NCBI RefSeq assembly: GCF_016026235.1
Contig: NZ_CP065613.1
Direction: 5' to 3' (one strand)
Source: Escherichia coli
Lineage (GTDB): Bacteria > Pseudomonadota > Gammaproteobacteria > Enterobacterales > Enterobacteriaceae
Length of the DNA: 64,000 nt
Positions 17,252 to 28,181 of the stretch are shown here, one piece after another. Numbering within the stretch: position 1 is the first letter of the stretch; the number at the start of each line of letters is the position of its first letter. Below the pieces are notes generated by a model, which ran no database searches, was not told the origin of the DNA, and worked only from the letters and a program-made list of their open reading frames with translations. Position numbers and translations under genes: made by a program.

Positions 17252-17800
17252 TCAGTTGAGCGCTTCCGGCCACGGGAACTGTTCCGCCGTAAGTTCCGGC
17301 GTGTGATAATAATTTTGTAGTGCTTTAATGAAGCGTGCCGGACGCTCGGGAATGCCATTTGTTAGATAATCCATCACCTGCGCATGTACTCGCCGTTGAA
17401 ACACCACGCGGTCCGGTTCGAAGTCGCCTTCCAGATTGTCGCAACTGACGTTAAACGGGTATCCCGCCGCCACGCAGAACAACCAGTCGAGCGCCTGCGG
17501 CTTCACTTCAACATCTTCAAACTGGCTTTGCGTTTGGGCATCGCGACCGTCCGGGCAATACCAGTAGCCGAAATCAACCTGCTCGCGGCGCGCTTTCCCG
17601 GCAATACACCAGTGCGAAATCTCATGAATTGCGCTGGCATAAAAGCCATGAGCAAAGACGATTCGGTTATACGGTACTTCCGCATCAGCAGGAAGATAGA
17701 TCGGTTCGTCGTCGCCTTTAATCAGACGGGTATTAAAATCATCGGCAAAGCAGCTATTAAAAATTTCAATCAACTGCTCATAGTGGTGTGTACTGTTCAT
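17252..17800 (-). CDS. epmC: Elongation factor P hydroxylase
   Basis: 182-aa ORF MNSTHHYEQLIEIFNSCFADDFNTRLIKGDDEPIYLP... recognised as YfcM/EpmC. Confidence 0.85.
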   Translation of the reverse strand: MNSTHHYEQLIEIFNSCFADDFNTRLIKGDDEPIYLPADAEVPYNRIVFAHGFYASAIHEISHWCIAGKARREQVDFGYWYCPDGRDAQTQSQFEDVEVKPQALDWLFCVAAGYPFNVSCDNLEGDFEPDRVVFQRRVHAQVMDYLTNGIPERPARFIKALQNYYHTPELTAEQFPWPEALN

Positions 17801-18609
17801 TAGTTCATCCCCAACCAGTGGAGGATCTCCTGTCCGTGGCTATCGTAAAGTAATTTGGCACTCATCACCGCGGAGACGATAACAATCATCGGGCGGATCA
17901 GCTTTTGTCCTTTGCTCAACACCAGTCGTGAACCCATGCGCGCGCCGAGGAACTGCCCCACCAGCATCACAAAGCCCGTCGCCCAAATCACTTTGCCGCC
18001 GAGAATAAACAGCAGTAAACCGCCGATATTTGACGTTGCGTTGAGTAATTTGGCGTGAGCCGTGGCTTTGGCGAGGTTGAATCCGCACAGCGTAACAAAG
18101 GCCAGCGCGTAAAACGATCCGGCTGCCGGACCAAAGAATCCGTCATAAAAACCGACGCAGCCACCGGCAATTAACGCGAAGGGTAAACCGTACATCCGGC
18201 GCTGGCGATCTTCTTCACCCAGCTTTGGCATCAGCAAGAAATAGAGGCCGATACAAATCACCAGAATGGGCAAAATCTGCCGTAAGACATCAGCCTGAAC
18301 GTATTGCACCAGCAGTGCGCCGCTCATTGAGCCGATAAAGGTCATGGCGATATTGAGTTTCTGATCGCTTAAACTAACCACTTTGCGGCGAATAAAGTAG
18401 ATAGTGGCGGAAATAGAGCCGCCGCAAGCTTGCAGTTTATTGGTTGCCAGCGCATTAGCGGGAGACATCCCTGCCGCCATCAATGCCGGAATCGTGAGTA
18501 ACCCACCACCACCGGCAATCGAGTCGATAAATCCCGCCAGCATGGCGACAAAAAAGAGAACTCCCAGCAACAGCGGGGAAACCATAAACAGGCTATTAAA
18601 CGTTTCCAT
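17800..18609 (-). CDS. yfcA: TauE/SafE-family membrane protein YfcA
   Basis: 269-aa polytopic [39 protein letters not shown]... Confidence 0.85.
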   Translation of the reverse strand: METFNSLFMVSPLLLGVLFFVAMLAGFIDSIAGGGGLLTIPALMAAGMSPANALATNKLQACGGSISATIYFIRRKVVSLSDQKLNIAMTFIGSMSGALLVQYVQADVLRQILPILVICIGLYFLLMPKLGEEDRQRRMYGLPFALIAGGCVGFYDGFFGPAAGSFYALAFVTLCGFNLAKATAHAKLLNATSNIGGLLLFILGGKVIWATGFVMLVGQFLGARMGSRLVLSKGQKLIRPMIVIVSAVMSAKLLYDSHGQEILHWLGMN

Positions 18610-19433
18610 TAGATCACGTGCTCATCCAGTAGCGCCTGGCAGGAAGGCGGCAACGGAGGCGGTGTCTTCTTCTCAGGCTTTGTTGTTCCCGGTTTTGGAG
18701 GTTCAAACCAGCTTTGCAGTTCTGCCCCGCAACCATCGCCTGGTGGCGGTAAAGGTTGATCTTCACACTCCAGACTATCGGCAGGGCAACGTAATCGTAC
18801 ATGCATATGCGCGCGATGCTGGAACCAGGGTCGCACTTTGCGCAACCAGTCGCGATCGGTGCCCGCATCAAGGCAAAGTTGTTGTTTAATCGCCGGATTA
18901 ACAAAAATGCGCGTGACGTCTTTGTCCTGGGCGGCGAGTTTGATCAAGCTGAAAATTTCTGGCTTCCACAGCGTGGAGACAACGTGTTTACCGTCGCGGG
19001 AAACTAAGTCCAGTGCTTGCGGGCGCAAGAGCTGCGCGGAGGTCCAGCGAGTTTTCGGCAGTTGCAGAAAGATATCGACATCCAGTCCGGTCTGGTGGCT
19101 GGCATGACCGCCGTTGAAACGCCCACCAGCGGGCATCCCCATATCGCCAATCAGCACCGTACCCATGCCCAGATTGCTCACCTGGCTACTCAGACGCTGG
19201 ATAAACATCACCAGGTCCGGGTGACCGAAATAGCGACGCTGATCGGTACGCATGACCTGATAATGTTCGGACTGTATCGGCAGCGTGTCAGCGCCGACGA
19301 TACAGCCATTAGAAAAACTGCCTATCGATTGTGCGCTACCCGGCACAGGTTGGGTTATTTTTTGCCACGGCGTCGCTGCCAGGCTGACGCTACTGGCAAG
19401 CAGGGCCAGCAGCGCAATCGCGGTTTTGTTCAT
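18609..19433 (-). CDS. mepA: Penicillin-insensitive murein DD-endopeptidase
   Basis: 274-aa ORF with signal peptide [24 protein letters not shown]... recognised as MepA. Confidence 0.9.
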   Translation of the reverse strand: MNKTAIALLALLASSVSLAATPWQKITQPVPGSAQSIGSFSNGCIVGADTLPIQSEHYQVMRTDQRRYFGHPDLVMFIQRLSSQVSNLGMGTVLIGDMGMPAGGRFNGGHASHQTGLDVDIFLQLPKTRWTSAQLLRPQALDLVSRDGKHVVSTLWKPEIFSLIKLAAQDKDVTRIFVNPAIKQQLCLDAGTDRDWLRKVRPWFQHRAHMHVRLRCPADSLECEDQPLPPPGDGCGAELQSWFEPPKPGTTKPEKKTPPPLPPSCQALLDEHVI

Positions 19434-19436
19434 TTT

Positions 19437-20522
19437 TTACCAGCGTGGAATATCAGTCTTCACATCGGCATTTTGCGCCCGCTGCCGTAACAGGTGATCC
19501 ATTAATACGATCGCCAGCATCGCTTCAGCGATCGGCACCGCGCGGATCCCGACACAAGGATCGTGACGGCCTTTGGTGATCATCTCAACTTCTTCGCCAA
19601 AGCGGTTAATGGTGCGCCCCGGCACGGTAATGCTGGAGGTCGGTTTCAGCGCCATATGGGCAATGATTTGCTGCCCGCTGCTGATACCGCCAAGAATGCC
19701 GCCCGCATGGTTGCTCTGGAAACCGTCTTTGGTGATTTCGTCGCGATTCTGGCTGCCGCGCAGCGCCACTACGTCAAAACCGTCGCCAATTTCCACGCCT
19801 TTCACCGCGTTGATGCTCATCAGCGCATGGGCGATGTCGGCATCCAGGCGGTCAAAGACCGGCTCGCCAAGTCCGGCGGGGACACCACTGGCTACAACGG
19901 TGACTTTCGCGCCGATGGAGTCGCCCTCTTTTTTCAGCGCGCGCATCAGTTCATCTAACGCGTCGATTTTGTCCGGGTCCGGGCAGAAGAACGGATTTTG
20001 TTCAACCTGCGACCAGTCTTTGATTTCCAGCGGAATGTCGCCCATCTGGGTCAGGCAGCCGCGGATTTCAATACCAAATGTCTCGGCGAGATATTTTTTG
20101 GCAATCGCCCCTGCCGCCACGCGCATGGCGGTTTCGCGGGCGGAAGAACGTCCACCGCCGCGATAATCGCGCAGACCGTATTTTTGTTCGTAGGTGTAAT
20201 CGGCATGGCCAGGACGGAAAACGTCCTTAATCGCACTATAATCCTGAGAACGCTGATCGGTATTTTCGATCAACAAACCAATGCTGGTGCCGGTAGTAAC
20301 ACCTTCAAAAACACCGGAGAGAATTTTGACCTGATCTGGCTCACGACGCTGGGTGGTATAGCGCGATGTCCCAGGGCGACGACGGTCGAGGTCATGTTGC
20401 AGGTCCGCTTCCGTCAGCGGAATGCCTGGCGGAACACCATCGACGATGCAGCCGAGCGCCAGCCCGTGCGATTCGCCGAAGGTGGTTACGCGAAAGAGTT
20501 GTCCAATTGTGTTTCCAGCCAT
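19437..20522 (-). CDS. aroC: Chorismate synthase
   Basis: ATG at 20522 gives [33 protein letters not shown]..., 361 aa. Confidence 0.95.
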   Translation of the reverse strand: MAGNTIGQLFRVTTFGESHGLALGCIVDGVPPGIPLTEADLQHDLDRRRPGTSRYTTQRREPDQVKILSGVFEGVTTGTSIGLLIENTDQRSQDYSAIKDVFRPGHADYTYEQKYGLRDYRGGGRSSARETAMRVAAGAIAKKYLAETFGIEIRGCLTQMGDIPLEIKDWSQVEQNPFFCPDPDKIDALDELMRALKKEGDSIGAKVTVVASGVPAGLGEPVFDRLDADIAHALMSINAVKGVEIGDGFDVVALRGSQNRDEITKDGFQSNHAGGILGGISSGQQIIAHMALKPTSSITVPGRTINRFGEEVEMITKGRHDPCVGIRAVPIAEAMLAIVLMDHLLRQRAQNADVKTDIPRW

Positions 20523-20556
20523 CACGGCTCCGTTATTGTTGTGTTTGCGTGTTTAC

Positions 20557-21489
20557 TTAATCTTTATAAATCGCGAAATGTTCACGGGCCGCCAGCAGCT
20601 GCTCTTTGGTGAGCATAAACACACCATCGCCGCCGTTATCAAACTCCAGCCAGGTGAACGGAACATCCGGATATTGTTCCATAAGATGTACCATGCTGTT
20701 ACCGACTTCACAAATCAGTACGCCATCATCAGCAAGATAATCTGCCGCGTTACCGAGAATGCGACGCGTCAGTTTCAGGCCGTCGGTGCCAGATGCCAGG
20801 CCCAGTTCCGGCTCGTGACGGTATTCGTTTGGCAGGTCGGACATATCTTCCGCATCGACATACGGCGGGTTAGTGACGATCAGGTCGTACTGCACTTTCG
20901 GCAAATCACGGAACAGATCGGAACGAATCGGGATGACGTTGTGGATCAGACCGTGTTCTTCGATGTTCTGTTCGGCAACCGCCAGCGCGTCGGGAGAGAT
21001 ATCCACCGCGTCGACTTCCGCATCCGGGAAGGCATAAGCACAGGCAATGGCGATGCAGCCGCTACCGGTACACATATCTAAAATATGCTGCGGTTGCTTG
21101 CTGATTAGCCCGGCAAATTTATTGTTAATCAGTTCACCAATCGGCGAACGCGGCACCAGCACGCGTTCATCGACGTAAAATTCATGGCCGCAGAACCAGG
21201 CTTTATTGGTCAGGTAAGCCACCGGAATGCGTTCGTTGACGCGGCGGATCACGCGCTCAACAATACGGTGTTTTTCGCTGGAGGTCAGACGCGCAGTGCG
21301 CATATCTTCCGGAATATCCAGCGGCAGGTAGAGCGACAGCAACACCAGTTGTACGGCTTCATCCCACGGGTTATCGGTGCCGTGACCGTACCAGATATTT
21401 GCCGCGCTGAAGCGGCTAACCGACCAGCGCAACATGTCCTGAATGGTTTGCAGCTCATTAACTGCTTCATCAACGAAAATTTTATCCAC
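20557..21489 (-). CDS. prmB: Ribosomal protein uL3 glutamine methyltransferase
   Basis: GTG start at 21489 giving (M)[21 protein letters not shown]... with the NPPY methyltransferase motif; 310 aa; the ORF track runs 111 codons further upstream. Confidence 0.85.
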   Translation of the reverse strand: MDKIFVDEAVNELQTIQDMLRWSVSRFSAANIWYGHGTDNPWDEAVQLVLLSLYLPLDIPEDMRTARLTSSEKHRIVERVIRRVNERIPVAYLTNKAWFCGHEFYVDERVLVPRSPIGELINNKFAGLISKQPQHILDMCTGSGCIAIACAYAFPDAEVDAVDISPDALAVAEQNIEEHGLIHNVIPIRSDLFRDLPKVQYDLIVTNPPYVDAEDMSDLPNEYRHEPELGLASGTDGLKLTRRILGNAADYLADDGVLICEVGNSMVHLMEQYPDVPFTWLEFDNGGDGVFMLTKEQLLAAREHFAIYKD

Positions 21490-21654
21490 GTATTCCTCCA
21501 GGGCATGATCGCAATAATTTCGGCGGCTAGTTTGCCACGAAGATGACGATAAATCAGCATTCACGCGCGGTGAGTGAGGAAAAATACGTTTAAAACGATC
21601 GATTGCGCTACGAGTCGGGTAAACTGTAGGAAAATTAGAAATAGAGACAGATAA

Positions 21655-22206
21655 ATGAAAAAGAAAACAACACTTAGCGAGGAGGACCAGGCTCTGTTTC
21701 GCCAGTTGATGGCGGGGACTCGCAAGATTAAGCAGGACACGATTGTCCACCGACCACAGCGTAAAAAAGTCAGCGAAGTGCCGGTGAAACGCTTGATCCA
21801 GGAGCAGGCTGATGCCAGCCATTATTTCTCCGATGAGTTTCAGCCGTTATTAAATACCGAAGGTCCGGTTAAATATGTTCGCCCGGATGTGAGTCATTTT
21901 GAGGCGAAAAAGTTGCGACGCGGTGATTATTCGCCGGAATTGTTTTTGGATTTACACGGTCTGACGCAGCTGCAGGCCAAGCAGGAACTGGGCGCGTTGA
22001 TTGCCGCCTGCCGCCGTGAACATGTGTTTTGTGCCTGTGTGATGCATGGGCATGGTAAGCATATTTTGAAACAGCAAACGCCGCTGTGGCTGGCGCAACA
22101 TCCACATGTGATGGCATTTCACCAGGCGCCGAAAGAGTACGGTGGTGATGCGGCGTTGCTGGTGTTGATTGAAGTGGAAGAGTGGCTGCCGCCGGAATTG
22201 CCGTGA
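21655..22206 (+). CDS. smrB: Ribosome rescue endonuclease SmrB (Smr domain)
   Basis: 183-aa [35 protein letters not shown]...LDLHGLT. Confidence 0.9.
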   Translation: MKKKTTLSEEDQALFRQLMAGTRKIKQDTIVHRPQRKKVSEVPVKRLIQEQADASHYFSDEFQPLLNTEGPVKYVRPDVSHFEAKKLRRGDYSPELFLDLHGLTQLQAKQELGALIAACRREHVFCACVMHGHGKHILKQQTPLWLAQHPHVMAFHQAPKEYGGDAALLVLIEVEEWLPPELP

Positions 22207-22221
22207 ATATTAAGCACCGAA

Positions 22222-22329
22222 TGCCGGATGCGGCGTGAACGCCTTATCCGGACTACAAAGTGTGCAAATTCAATAGATTGTGATTCAATTGTAGGCCTGA
22301 TAAGACGCGACAGCGTCGCATCAGGCATC
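22222..22329. repeat. REP/BIME element
   Basis: ATGCCGGATGCGGCGTGAACGCCTTATCCGGACTAC ... GTAGGCCTGATAAGACGCGACAGCGTCGCATCAGGCATC between smrB and yfcO. Confidence 0.75.
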
Positions 22330-22338
22330 AGCGCACAA

Positions 22339-23187
22339 CTATAGTTCATTCAGTACATACTGGAAACGGCATGTAGAATCAATTGGCGCACGGCTACTGG
22401 TATTCACCTGTACCACAATGTCGTGTAGCTTTTTGTCCGTCACCGGTTGACGTGAGGGGGTGACTGTCACCTTTGCATTATCACAACCATACGAGGTAAA
22501 GGTTAATAAGTCCGAAACAGCACGACAATATGCCCCTCTGGAATCAAAAACACTGCCATCACAGAGTTTGCCGCTTTCCATCAGGTAGGTCGAAAGCGTA
22601 GTCGTGATAGTCGAACCATCGGATTGCAACCGCAACGCTTTATTATGGCTAACGTAATTCTCACTCCATGATATATCAAAAGAAGCAACCGGAATCGTGG
22701 GGCAAGCGGAATCATGTACCGTTGGACTGGTATAAACACCAAATCCTACCTGTTCTGAAACTGAATAAAATGACGCCTGCCATGGGCAACCATAATTATC
22801 AGACTCGACAGTGACATCAAACGTCATATATGCACAGTAAAAATTCTTCGTATTTATACCTGGACAATTCGAGGTATCAGTCCGACCATAGTCGGTCAAT
22901 TTCAACTGTGGTGCAGGCCCGGAACCGGTCCAGGAAATCACCGGGAGTATGTCGCCACGCCGAGCGTCCGAATTATATTGACCATAACTTACCTCTCCTG
23001 GTGTCAGCACCGTGACATAAAAAAACAAATCACCCACAGGCGATATTCTATTCATCCCATAATAAATCTCAGTACTTTTAAAAGTTGAACTCATGAGCTT
23101 ACTACCAGCATAGCTCTTTGATGTTCCCACATTTACTATAAGTAACAGAAGCGCCGCTAAAAAAAATGTCCATTTTTTCATATTCAA
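22339..23187 (-). CDS. yfcO: Fimbria-associated protein YfcO, putative adhesin / tip component
   Basis: ORF with signal peptide MNMKKWTFFLAALLLLIVNVGTSKSYA; the true start may be the third codon; first gene 3' of the yfc operon. Confidence 0.8.
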   Translation of the reverse strand: MNMKKWTFFLAALLLLIVNVGTSKSYAGSKLMSSTFKSTEIYYGMNRISPVGDLFFYVTVLTPGEVSYGQYNSDARRGDILPVISWTGSGPAPQLKLTDYGRTDTSNCPGINTKNFYCAYMTFDVTVESDNYGCPWQASFYSVSEQVGFGVYTSPTVHDSACPTIPVASFDISWSENYVSHNKALRLQSDGSTITTTLSTYLMESGKLCDGSVFDSRGAYCRAVSDLLTFTSYGCDNAKVTVTPSRQPVTDKKLHDIVVQVNTSSRAPIDSTCRFQYVLNEL

Positions 23188-23732
23188 AAATACTCAAAAG
23201 TTACCGTCATCGTGGCGGTGAAATCTCCGGACGTAACATCTCGTCCATTTACGGCCTGTAACCACGTATTAAAATTGACACTGTTATTTCCCTGATTTAA
23301 CGGGAATGTGGCACCTGTGTTGCTGTTAATAGGTACAGCCGCCCCTCCGGCAGTTTCAATGCCAATCCCAACACCCGTTGCAGAAGATGATGAATCAATC
23401 GACAGAAATCCAGGTAAGTCGGTGTCTTCTGTCCCCGTCAAGGTCACCTTGACATTAAACGCCGTGGCACTTTTGCAATCTTTCAACTGAAAGACTAATG
23501 GCACACGCTCTGACTGACCACGTAGCATTAAATCGCTGGCCGCAATTGTGGGGAAATGGATTTCCGCAAGTAAGTTGCCATTGATTACAGGAGTACAGGA
23601 TTTCCCAAACAAATTACCGGTAAAATGCAGATTATCGGCAGCGGAGACTGTCCCACTAAATAACAGCAGACTACAAATAAGCACCAACACACTGTTTTTC
23701 TTCATTGGTAATCCACCTGTAGCGTAGCCCAC
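23184..23732 (-). CDS. yfcP: Fimbrial minor subunit YfcP
   Basis: 182-aa ORF with signal peptide and pilin-like C-terminus ...TATMTVTFEYF. Confidence 0.8.
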   Translation of the reverse strand: MGYATGGLPMKKNSVLVLICSLLLFSGTVSAADNLHFTGNLFGKSCTPVINGNLLAEIHFPTIAASDLMLRGQSERVPLVFQLKDCKSATAFNVKVTLTGTEDTDLPGFLSIDSSSSATGVGIGIETAGGAAVPINSNTGATFPLNQGNNSVNFNTWLQAVNGRDVTSGDFTATMTVTFEYF

Positions 23733-24172
23733 GCCTCAAAGTCCGCCTCTGGTAAATCGACACCACTCTTTTTTACGGGAACGGCTGTTATCACAGGAAG
23801 GGCTGTTTCATTCACCACTAAGGGGGTATTCAGCTTAAAATCGCTTCCGGCTTGTTTAAGATGTATTGCTAATCCATTGATATCGGTGGTTACAGCCGCA
23901 TCATCAAAGTCACTCTGTGTGCCACTCCAGGTCAATGTCATTTCCATTTGAGGGTCACGAACAGTGGTATCACAGGTAATGGCATATGGCACAAACTGCT
24001 CATAATTGCTGCCGTTAATGTCATCAATATTCACGTCCCGAAACGTCAACTCTATATTTTCTCCATTACTAATTGTGCAATTCGGTGGCTGCACTAAATA
24101 ACCATGAAAAGAAATATTCGAGAGCGCCATAGAGCTAATGCCCCACAACATTAAGAGAGAAATCCGTTTCAT
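23702..24172 (-). CDS. yfcQ: Fimbrial minor subunit YfcQ
   Basis: 156-aa ORF MKRISLLMLWGISSMALSNISFHGYLV... ending ...ATLQVDYQ. Confidence 0.8.
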   Translation of the reverse strand: MKRISLLMLWGISSMALSNISFHGYLVQPPNCTISNGENIELTFRDVNIDDINGSNYEQFVPYAITCDTTVRDPQMEMTLTWSGTQSDFDDAAVTTDINGLAIHLKQAGSDFKLNTPLVVNETALPVITAVPVKKSGVDLPEADFEAWATLQVDYQ

Positions 24173-24669
24173 TGATAATCCACCACAATAGTGGCACTGG
24201 CGCTAAATTCCGCCGCCGTTAGAGATACACCGCTCTGCACGACAGGAACCGCTTCCAGTGCCGGTGCGCCCGATGAAAAGTTAAACGGTAACCATGTGCC
24301 AGGCGTTAAATCCAGAATGGAGTGATCGCTGGCTTTTTGAATCCGAATTCCAAAACCGGCAATACCCGTATCGATTACCGTTTCTCCGTTAATCACGGTT
24401 GTAGTTGCCTGCATATTTAAGCGCAGGTCGTCCATTGCCAGATTGTTGCACACAAGCGAGTAGTCAATGGGGCGTTTGTAACTTACCCCATCGATCTTAG
24501 AAATAAATACATTACCGAACTCCACGCTCGCACCAGTTACCGTACAGGGCGGCGGGGTATCAACGAGCACCCGCAAGACCATCGCAACCGATTTGCTACC
24601 CGCCATTACAGGCGTGCTCACAATACTACATAGCAATAACCACACCCAAGCCGAATAAGATCCTTTCAT
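24169..24669 (-). CDS. yfcR: Fimbrial minor subunit YfcR
   Basis: Start set at the internal ATG (24669) giving MKGSYSAWVWLLLCSIVSTPVMAG...; C-terminus ...ATIVVDYQ; the longer ORF-track start overlaps yfcS. Confidence 0.75.
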   Translation of the reverse strand: MKGSYSAWVWLLLCSIVSTPVMAGSKSVAMVLRVLVDTPPPCTVTGASVEFGNVFISKIDGVSYKRPIDYSLVCNNLAMDDLRLNMQATTTVINGETVIDTGIAGFGIRIQKASDHSILDLTPGTWLPFNFSSGAPALEAVPVVQSGVSLTAAEFSASATIVVDYQ

Positions 24670-24679
24670 ATTAGTGCTC

Positions 24680-25438
24680 CTATCCCTGGCCCTGGCTGTT
24701 TTGCTTTTCATCCACCTGGCAGGTGTTTCCCGTACAGGTGAAGAACAGCGGCATCCGCGCGCCATAGTCGTTGACGTAGGTCAGCACCGGGACGCTATCC
24801 ATTTTGACCTTTAACGGTACGGAGGTTTTTGGCGATATCACCAGCGGGGAAAATCCCGCTGCCGGATTACCATTTTTCTGCGCACTGGCGTTACTGATAA
24901 CCACGAAGTACGGCGTCGGGTTATTGACTGTAAACTCCTGGCCGCTGCGGGTTAAGGTCACCTTATGCTGCCACGGATTTTTCATGCTGACGTTTTCCAG
25001 CGCCTTTGGTCGCCAGAACAGCTTGATGCGCGTTTGCAGCGCAATCTGTAACGTGTTGGGTTTGTTCGATTTCGGCGGGATCTCACGCACGTTGAAATAG
25101 AACACGCTCTCGCGGTCGGCAGGCAGCTTGTTGATATCCGGCATGCCCTGTACCTTCACCTGACCGTTCATCATGGAATCGATGCGCTGCACCGGCGGCA
25201 GTACCGTCAGTGGCGAGCTAATCTTGTTACCCTGTTCATCTTCCATCCAGCTTTGTGCCAGATACGGCATTTTCGGGTCGTTATTGCGCAGCGTGACGCT
25301 GATTGATTTATCACTTTCGTTAAAAATCAGGCGTGTACGGTCCGGCGTGACAGAGGCCTGTGCTGACAGGCTGGCGGCAGTTATCAGTAACGCCAGCGTC
25401 GTTGCGGCCGTTCTGGCAGAGCAAAATAGATTCGTCAT
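24680..25438 (-). CDS. yfcS: Periplasmic fimbrial chaperone (PapD-like)
   Basis: 252-aa ORF with signal peptide and chaperone-like N-domain (...PDRTRLIFNESDKSISVTLRNN...). Confidence 0.85.
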   Translation of the reverse strand: MTNLFCSARTAATTLALLITAASLSAQASVTPDRTRLIFNESDKSISVTLRNNDPKMPYLAQSWMEDEQGNKISSPLTVLPPVQRIDSMMNGQVKVQGMPDINKLPADRESVFYFNVREIPPKSNKPNTLQIALQTRIKLFWRPKALENVSMKNPWQHKVTLTRSGQEFTVNNPTPYFVVISNASAQKNGNPAAGFSPLVISPKTSVPLKVKMDSVPVLTYVNDYGARMPLFFTCTGNTCQVDEKQNSQGQG

Positions 25439-25460
25439 GGATCATTCCTTAATCACGTTG

Positions 25461-28112
25461 TTAATTGGCGGATACCGATACCGGCGCTTCCGTTGGCATC
25501 ACCTGCTGGGTCTGCTCCTGGATCACCGGCTTAATTTGATGAGGCATCGAAGGAGATATCGCCCCTGTTTGTTGACATGGTAGTAACAGGCCATTGAACA
25601 GATCGGCTGGCAGTGGGTCCGGCAGATGAATATCACAGTGGGCCACACCGCCCCATGAAACGATCATATGCTCGCCAGGTTTGACACCCGCGAGGTAGAC
25701 GTTGCCGTCATCATCAACCAGACCGACGTTCTGCGCGTTGTCATTTTTCACTTCCGCGCCAAACGGCGGATGACTGCCATCTTGCAGGCGCAATACCGCC
25801 ATCGCTTTTTGCCCGCTGATAACCGAAAACTTACGGTAGCCAATGGCTCCTTCGGTAAGCGTCGCCTGCACCACAGACTGGGTGGCTTCGGCGTTTTCCG
25901 GCAGGTTGTTAAGGTCGATATAGGCCTGATTGCGGTAGTAGTTGTTGACGTCTGCCACCACGGTCTTACCGAACATATTGGTGTAAACCGCCGCGCCATT
26001 TCCTTCCACCGGAACACCAGCCACGCCATCGGCATCAATCAGCAGGCGCGTACCGCCCATATTCTGGGTACGGTGGAGCGCGTCACCCTGCGCGGTCAGC
26101 GTCGCGCCGCCCTGTAAGGAAATACCTGCCGAGGTGTACTGTCCTTCATGGTAGTTGGCGCTGAGGTCCACCTGCGCCAGCGAGCCATCGTGGCTGTAAT
26201 AGCCGTCAACGCTGGAGTGTTTGTCACTGGTCCCCACGTTCAGCTGGTAGTGAGTTGCGTCATCGACACGGCTGAAATACCCCACCTGGCTGCTGTCCGA
26301 ACCGCTGCCGTAGTTGCCGTTATAGCTGATGGTGCTGCTGTCACCCCACGGCATACTGAGCGATATATACACACCTTTATCGGCCTGGTTATCATACTCG
26401 TAGCGGTATCCGGTCATGGAAATGCTCATATTGCGGATACTGCCTAGGTTGAAGTAGTGCGAGAGCATGACGTTGTAGTTGGTCTGTTCGTCGCGATCCC
26501 AGTAGGTATGGCGGGTGTAGTTGAGATAAACAGACACACCGGCATCCCTGAAGTTCTGGTTATAGGTGGCGGTGTACATCTCTTTGTCGTTGCCGGTGCG
26601 CACCATTTCGCTGTCGCTGGCATCGAGATACTCGCTCATGGTCATGAAGTTCTCTTCCGAGAAGCGGTATCCGGCAAAAGTGACGCGGCTGTTCAGTTCA
26701 TCGAAGTCTTTGGAATAGCTCACGCGAAACGAGTTACCGTCCAGTGAACCTTTACCGTAGGCGGTCTCTTTATCCAGGCGGGTATGCGAGTGGGTGATAT
26801 CAAAGGCGACTGCGCCAAAGACAGACAGGTCGCGACCGACGCCAAGCGCCGCCGACTGATAGTGTTCATCTGCCAGCGCCCCGCCGTACAGCGACCAGCC
26901 GTTGGCAATCCCCCATGAAGCTTCGCCGCCGGAGAAGAAACCGCCCTCAACATGATGCCCCCACTCCTGCGGGCGGCCCATCATCAGCTTATAGCGCACC
27001 TGGCCGGGGCGGGTCAGGAACGGCATCGAGGCGGTGTTGATGTCATATTCCTGCACCTGGCCGTTCTGTTCTTCAATGCGGATGTGCAGTGTACCGGAGA
27101 CAGAATCGCCAAGATCCTGGATGCGGAACGGCCCCGCCGGAACCTGCGTTTCGTAAATCACGCGGCCCATCTGGCTGACGGTCACTTTCGCGGTGGTGTG
27201 CGCCACGCCGGAGATATCCGGCGCATAGCCGCGCAGATTCGGCGGCAACATTTGATCGTCGGTGCTGATACTGCCACCCACGTAGTTAAAGCCGTCGAAA
27301 ATATCAGAATTAAGGTAGTCTTCGCCAAGGCCAAGTTTGGCTTTTAGCGACGGTAAGGCCCGCCAGGCGTAGTAGCGGCTCCACTCCCAGTTTTTTTGCG
27401 TGTCATCACCGTTGATAACATCGTCATCATTGCTTTTGCTGTGCTGGTAGTCAGTCTGCCAGTCGGCTCGCAGACGCCATGCGCCGAGGTTAACCCCAAC
27501 CGTTCCGTTGCCGCTGATTTCATTGCTGTCATCCCCGCCATTTTCTTCATGTCGTGTCTGGGCGGTAATATTGTAGTCAGCAATTAAACCAGAAATACCG
27601 TCATCCCAGCGTGAAGGTGGATCCCAGTTGATGTCGGTATATTCAAGGTAAGCCTGGGGTAATGAAATGACTAACGCTGACTGACTCAGGTCAGCTTTAA
27701 TATCAATGCCTTCCAGTTGACCGAGTTTCAGGCATTTGCCGTCGTGGATCCATTGCAGGTTTTTTGCCACATCCTCTTTTAAGCCAAACTGCGCGACCAG
27801 TTCAGGCGTCAGGCAGGCATAGGTTTTACTGGCATCGTTCTCAGAGGCGTACCAGTAAATATCGTATTCTTCCGCCAGCGGCTGTTTATTTAGTTGAACC
27901 TGTAAATTGTATTTACCAGGTTCGACATATCCCTGGCTGGAAAATCGCTTCAGATCGATTTTTGTGTCGCCTTTTAACTCCAGAAAACGGGAATCAAACT
28001 GAATTTCATCTTCAGCCCAGGCATTGACATAACACCCTGACATTGCCAGCGCAATGCAGCAGGGAAGCACCCGCAGTCGGAAAAGAGAATGGTCAGGCAT
28101 ACACGTATCCAT
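25461..28112 (-). CDS. yfcU: Outer membrane fimbrial usher, intact 883-aa reading frame
   Basis: Single uninterrupted 883-aa ORF with usher-like length and composition (long Gly/Tyr/Asn/Ser-rich beta-barrel region); located between chaperone and major subunit. Confidence 0.85.
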   Translation of the reverse strand: MDTCMPDHSLFRLRVLPCCIALAMSGCYVNAWAEDEIQFDSRFLELKGDTKIDLKRFSSQGYVEPGKYNLQVQLNKQPLAEEYDIYWYASENDASKTYACLTPELVAQFGLKEDVAKNLQWIHDGKCLKLGQLEGIDIKADLSQSALVISLPQAYLEYTDINWDPPSRWDDGISGLIADYNITAQTRHEENGGDDSNEISGNGTVGVNLGAWRLRADWQTDYQHSKSNDDDVINGDDTQKNWEWSRYYAWRALPSLKAKLGLGEDYLNSDIFDGFNYVGGSISTDDQMLPPNLRGYAPDISGVAHTTAKVTVSQMGRVIYETQVPAGPFRIQDLGDSVSGTLHIRIEEQNGQVQEYDINTASMPFLTRPGQVRYKLMMGRPQEWGHHVEGGFFSGGEASWGIANGWSLYGGALADEHYQSAALGVGRDLSVFGAVAFDITHSHTRLDKETAYGKGSLDGNSFRVSYSKDFDELNSRVTFAGYRFSEENFMTMSEYLDASDSEMVRTGNDKEMYTATYNQNFRDAGVSVYLNYTRHTYWDRDEQTNYNVMLSHYFNLGSIRNMSISMTGYRYEYDNQADKGVYISLSMPWGDSSTISYNGNYGSGSDSSQVGYFSRVDDATHYQLNVGTSDKHSSVDGYYSHDGSLAQVDLSANYHEGQYTSAGISLQGGATLTAQGDALHRTQNMGGTRLLIDADGVAGVPVEGNGAAVYTNMFGKTVVADVNNYYRNQAYIDLNNLPENAEATQSVVQATLTEGAIGYRKFSVISGQKAMAVLRLQDGSHPPFGAEVKNDNAQNVGLVDDDGNVYLAGVKPGEHMIVSWGGVAHCDIHLPDPLPADLFNGLLLPCQQTGAISPSMPHQIKPVIQEQTQQVMPTEAPVSVSAN

Positions 28113-28181
28113 CCGTAATTATTATAATTTGCGCGAATTCCATTTAAAAACCCCATAGCCCGAAAGCTATGGGGGTATCAC

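Noticed and set aside
25668-27587. Multiple 60-150-aa ORFs on both strands within 25.6-27.6 kb
   Set aside because: All fall inside the single 883-aa usher gene yfcU, antisense or out of frame
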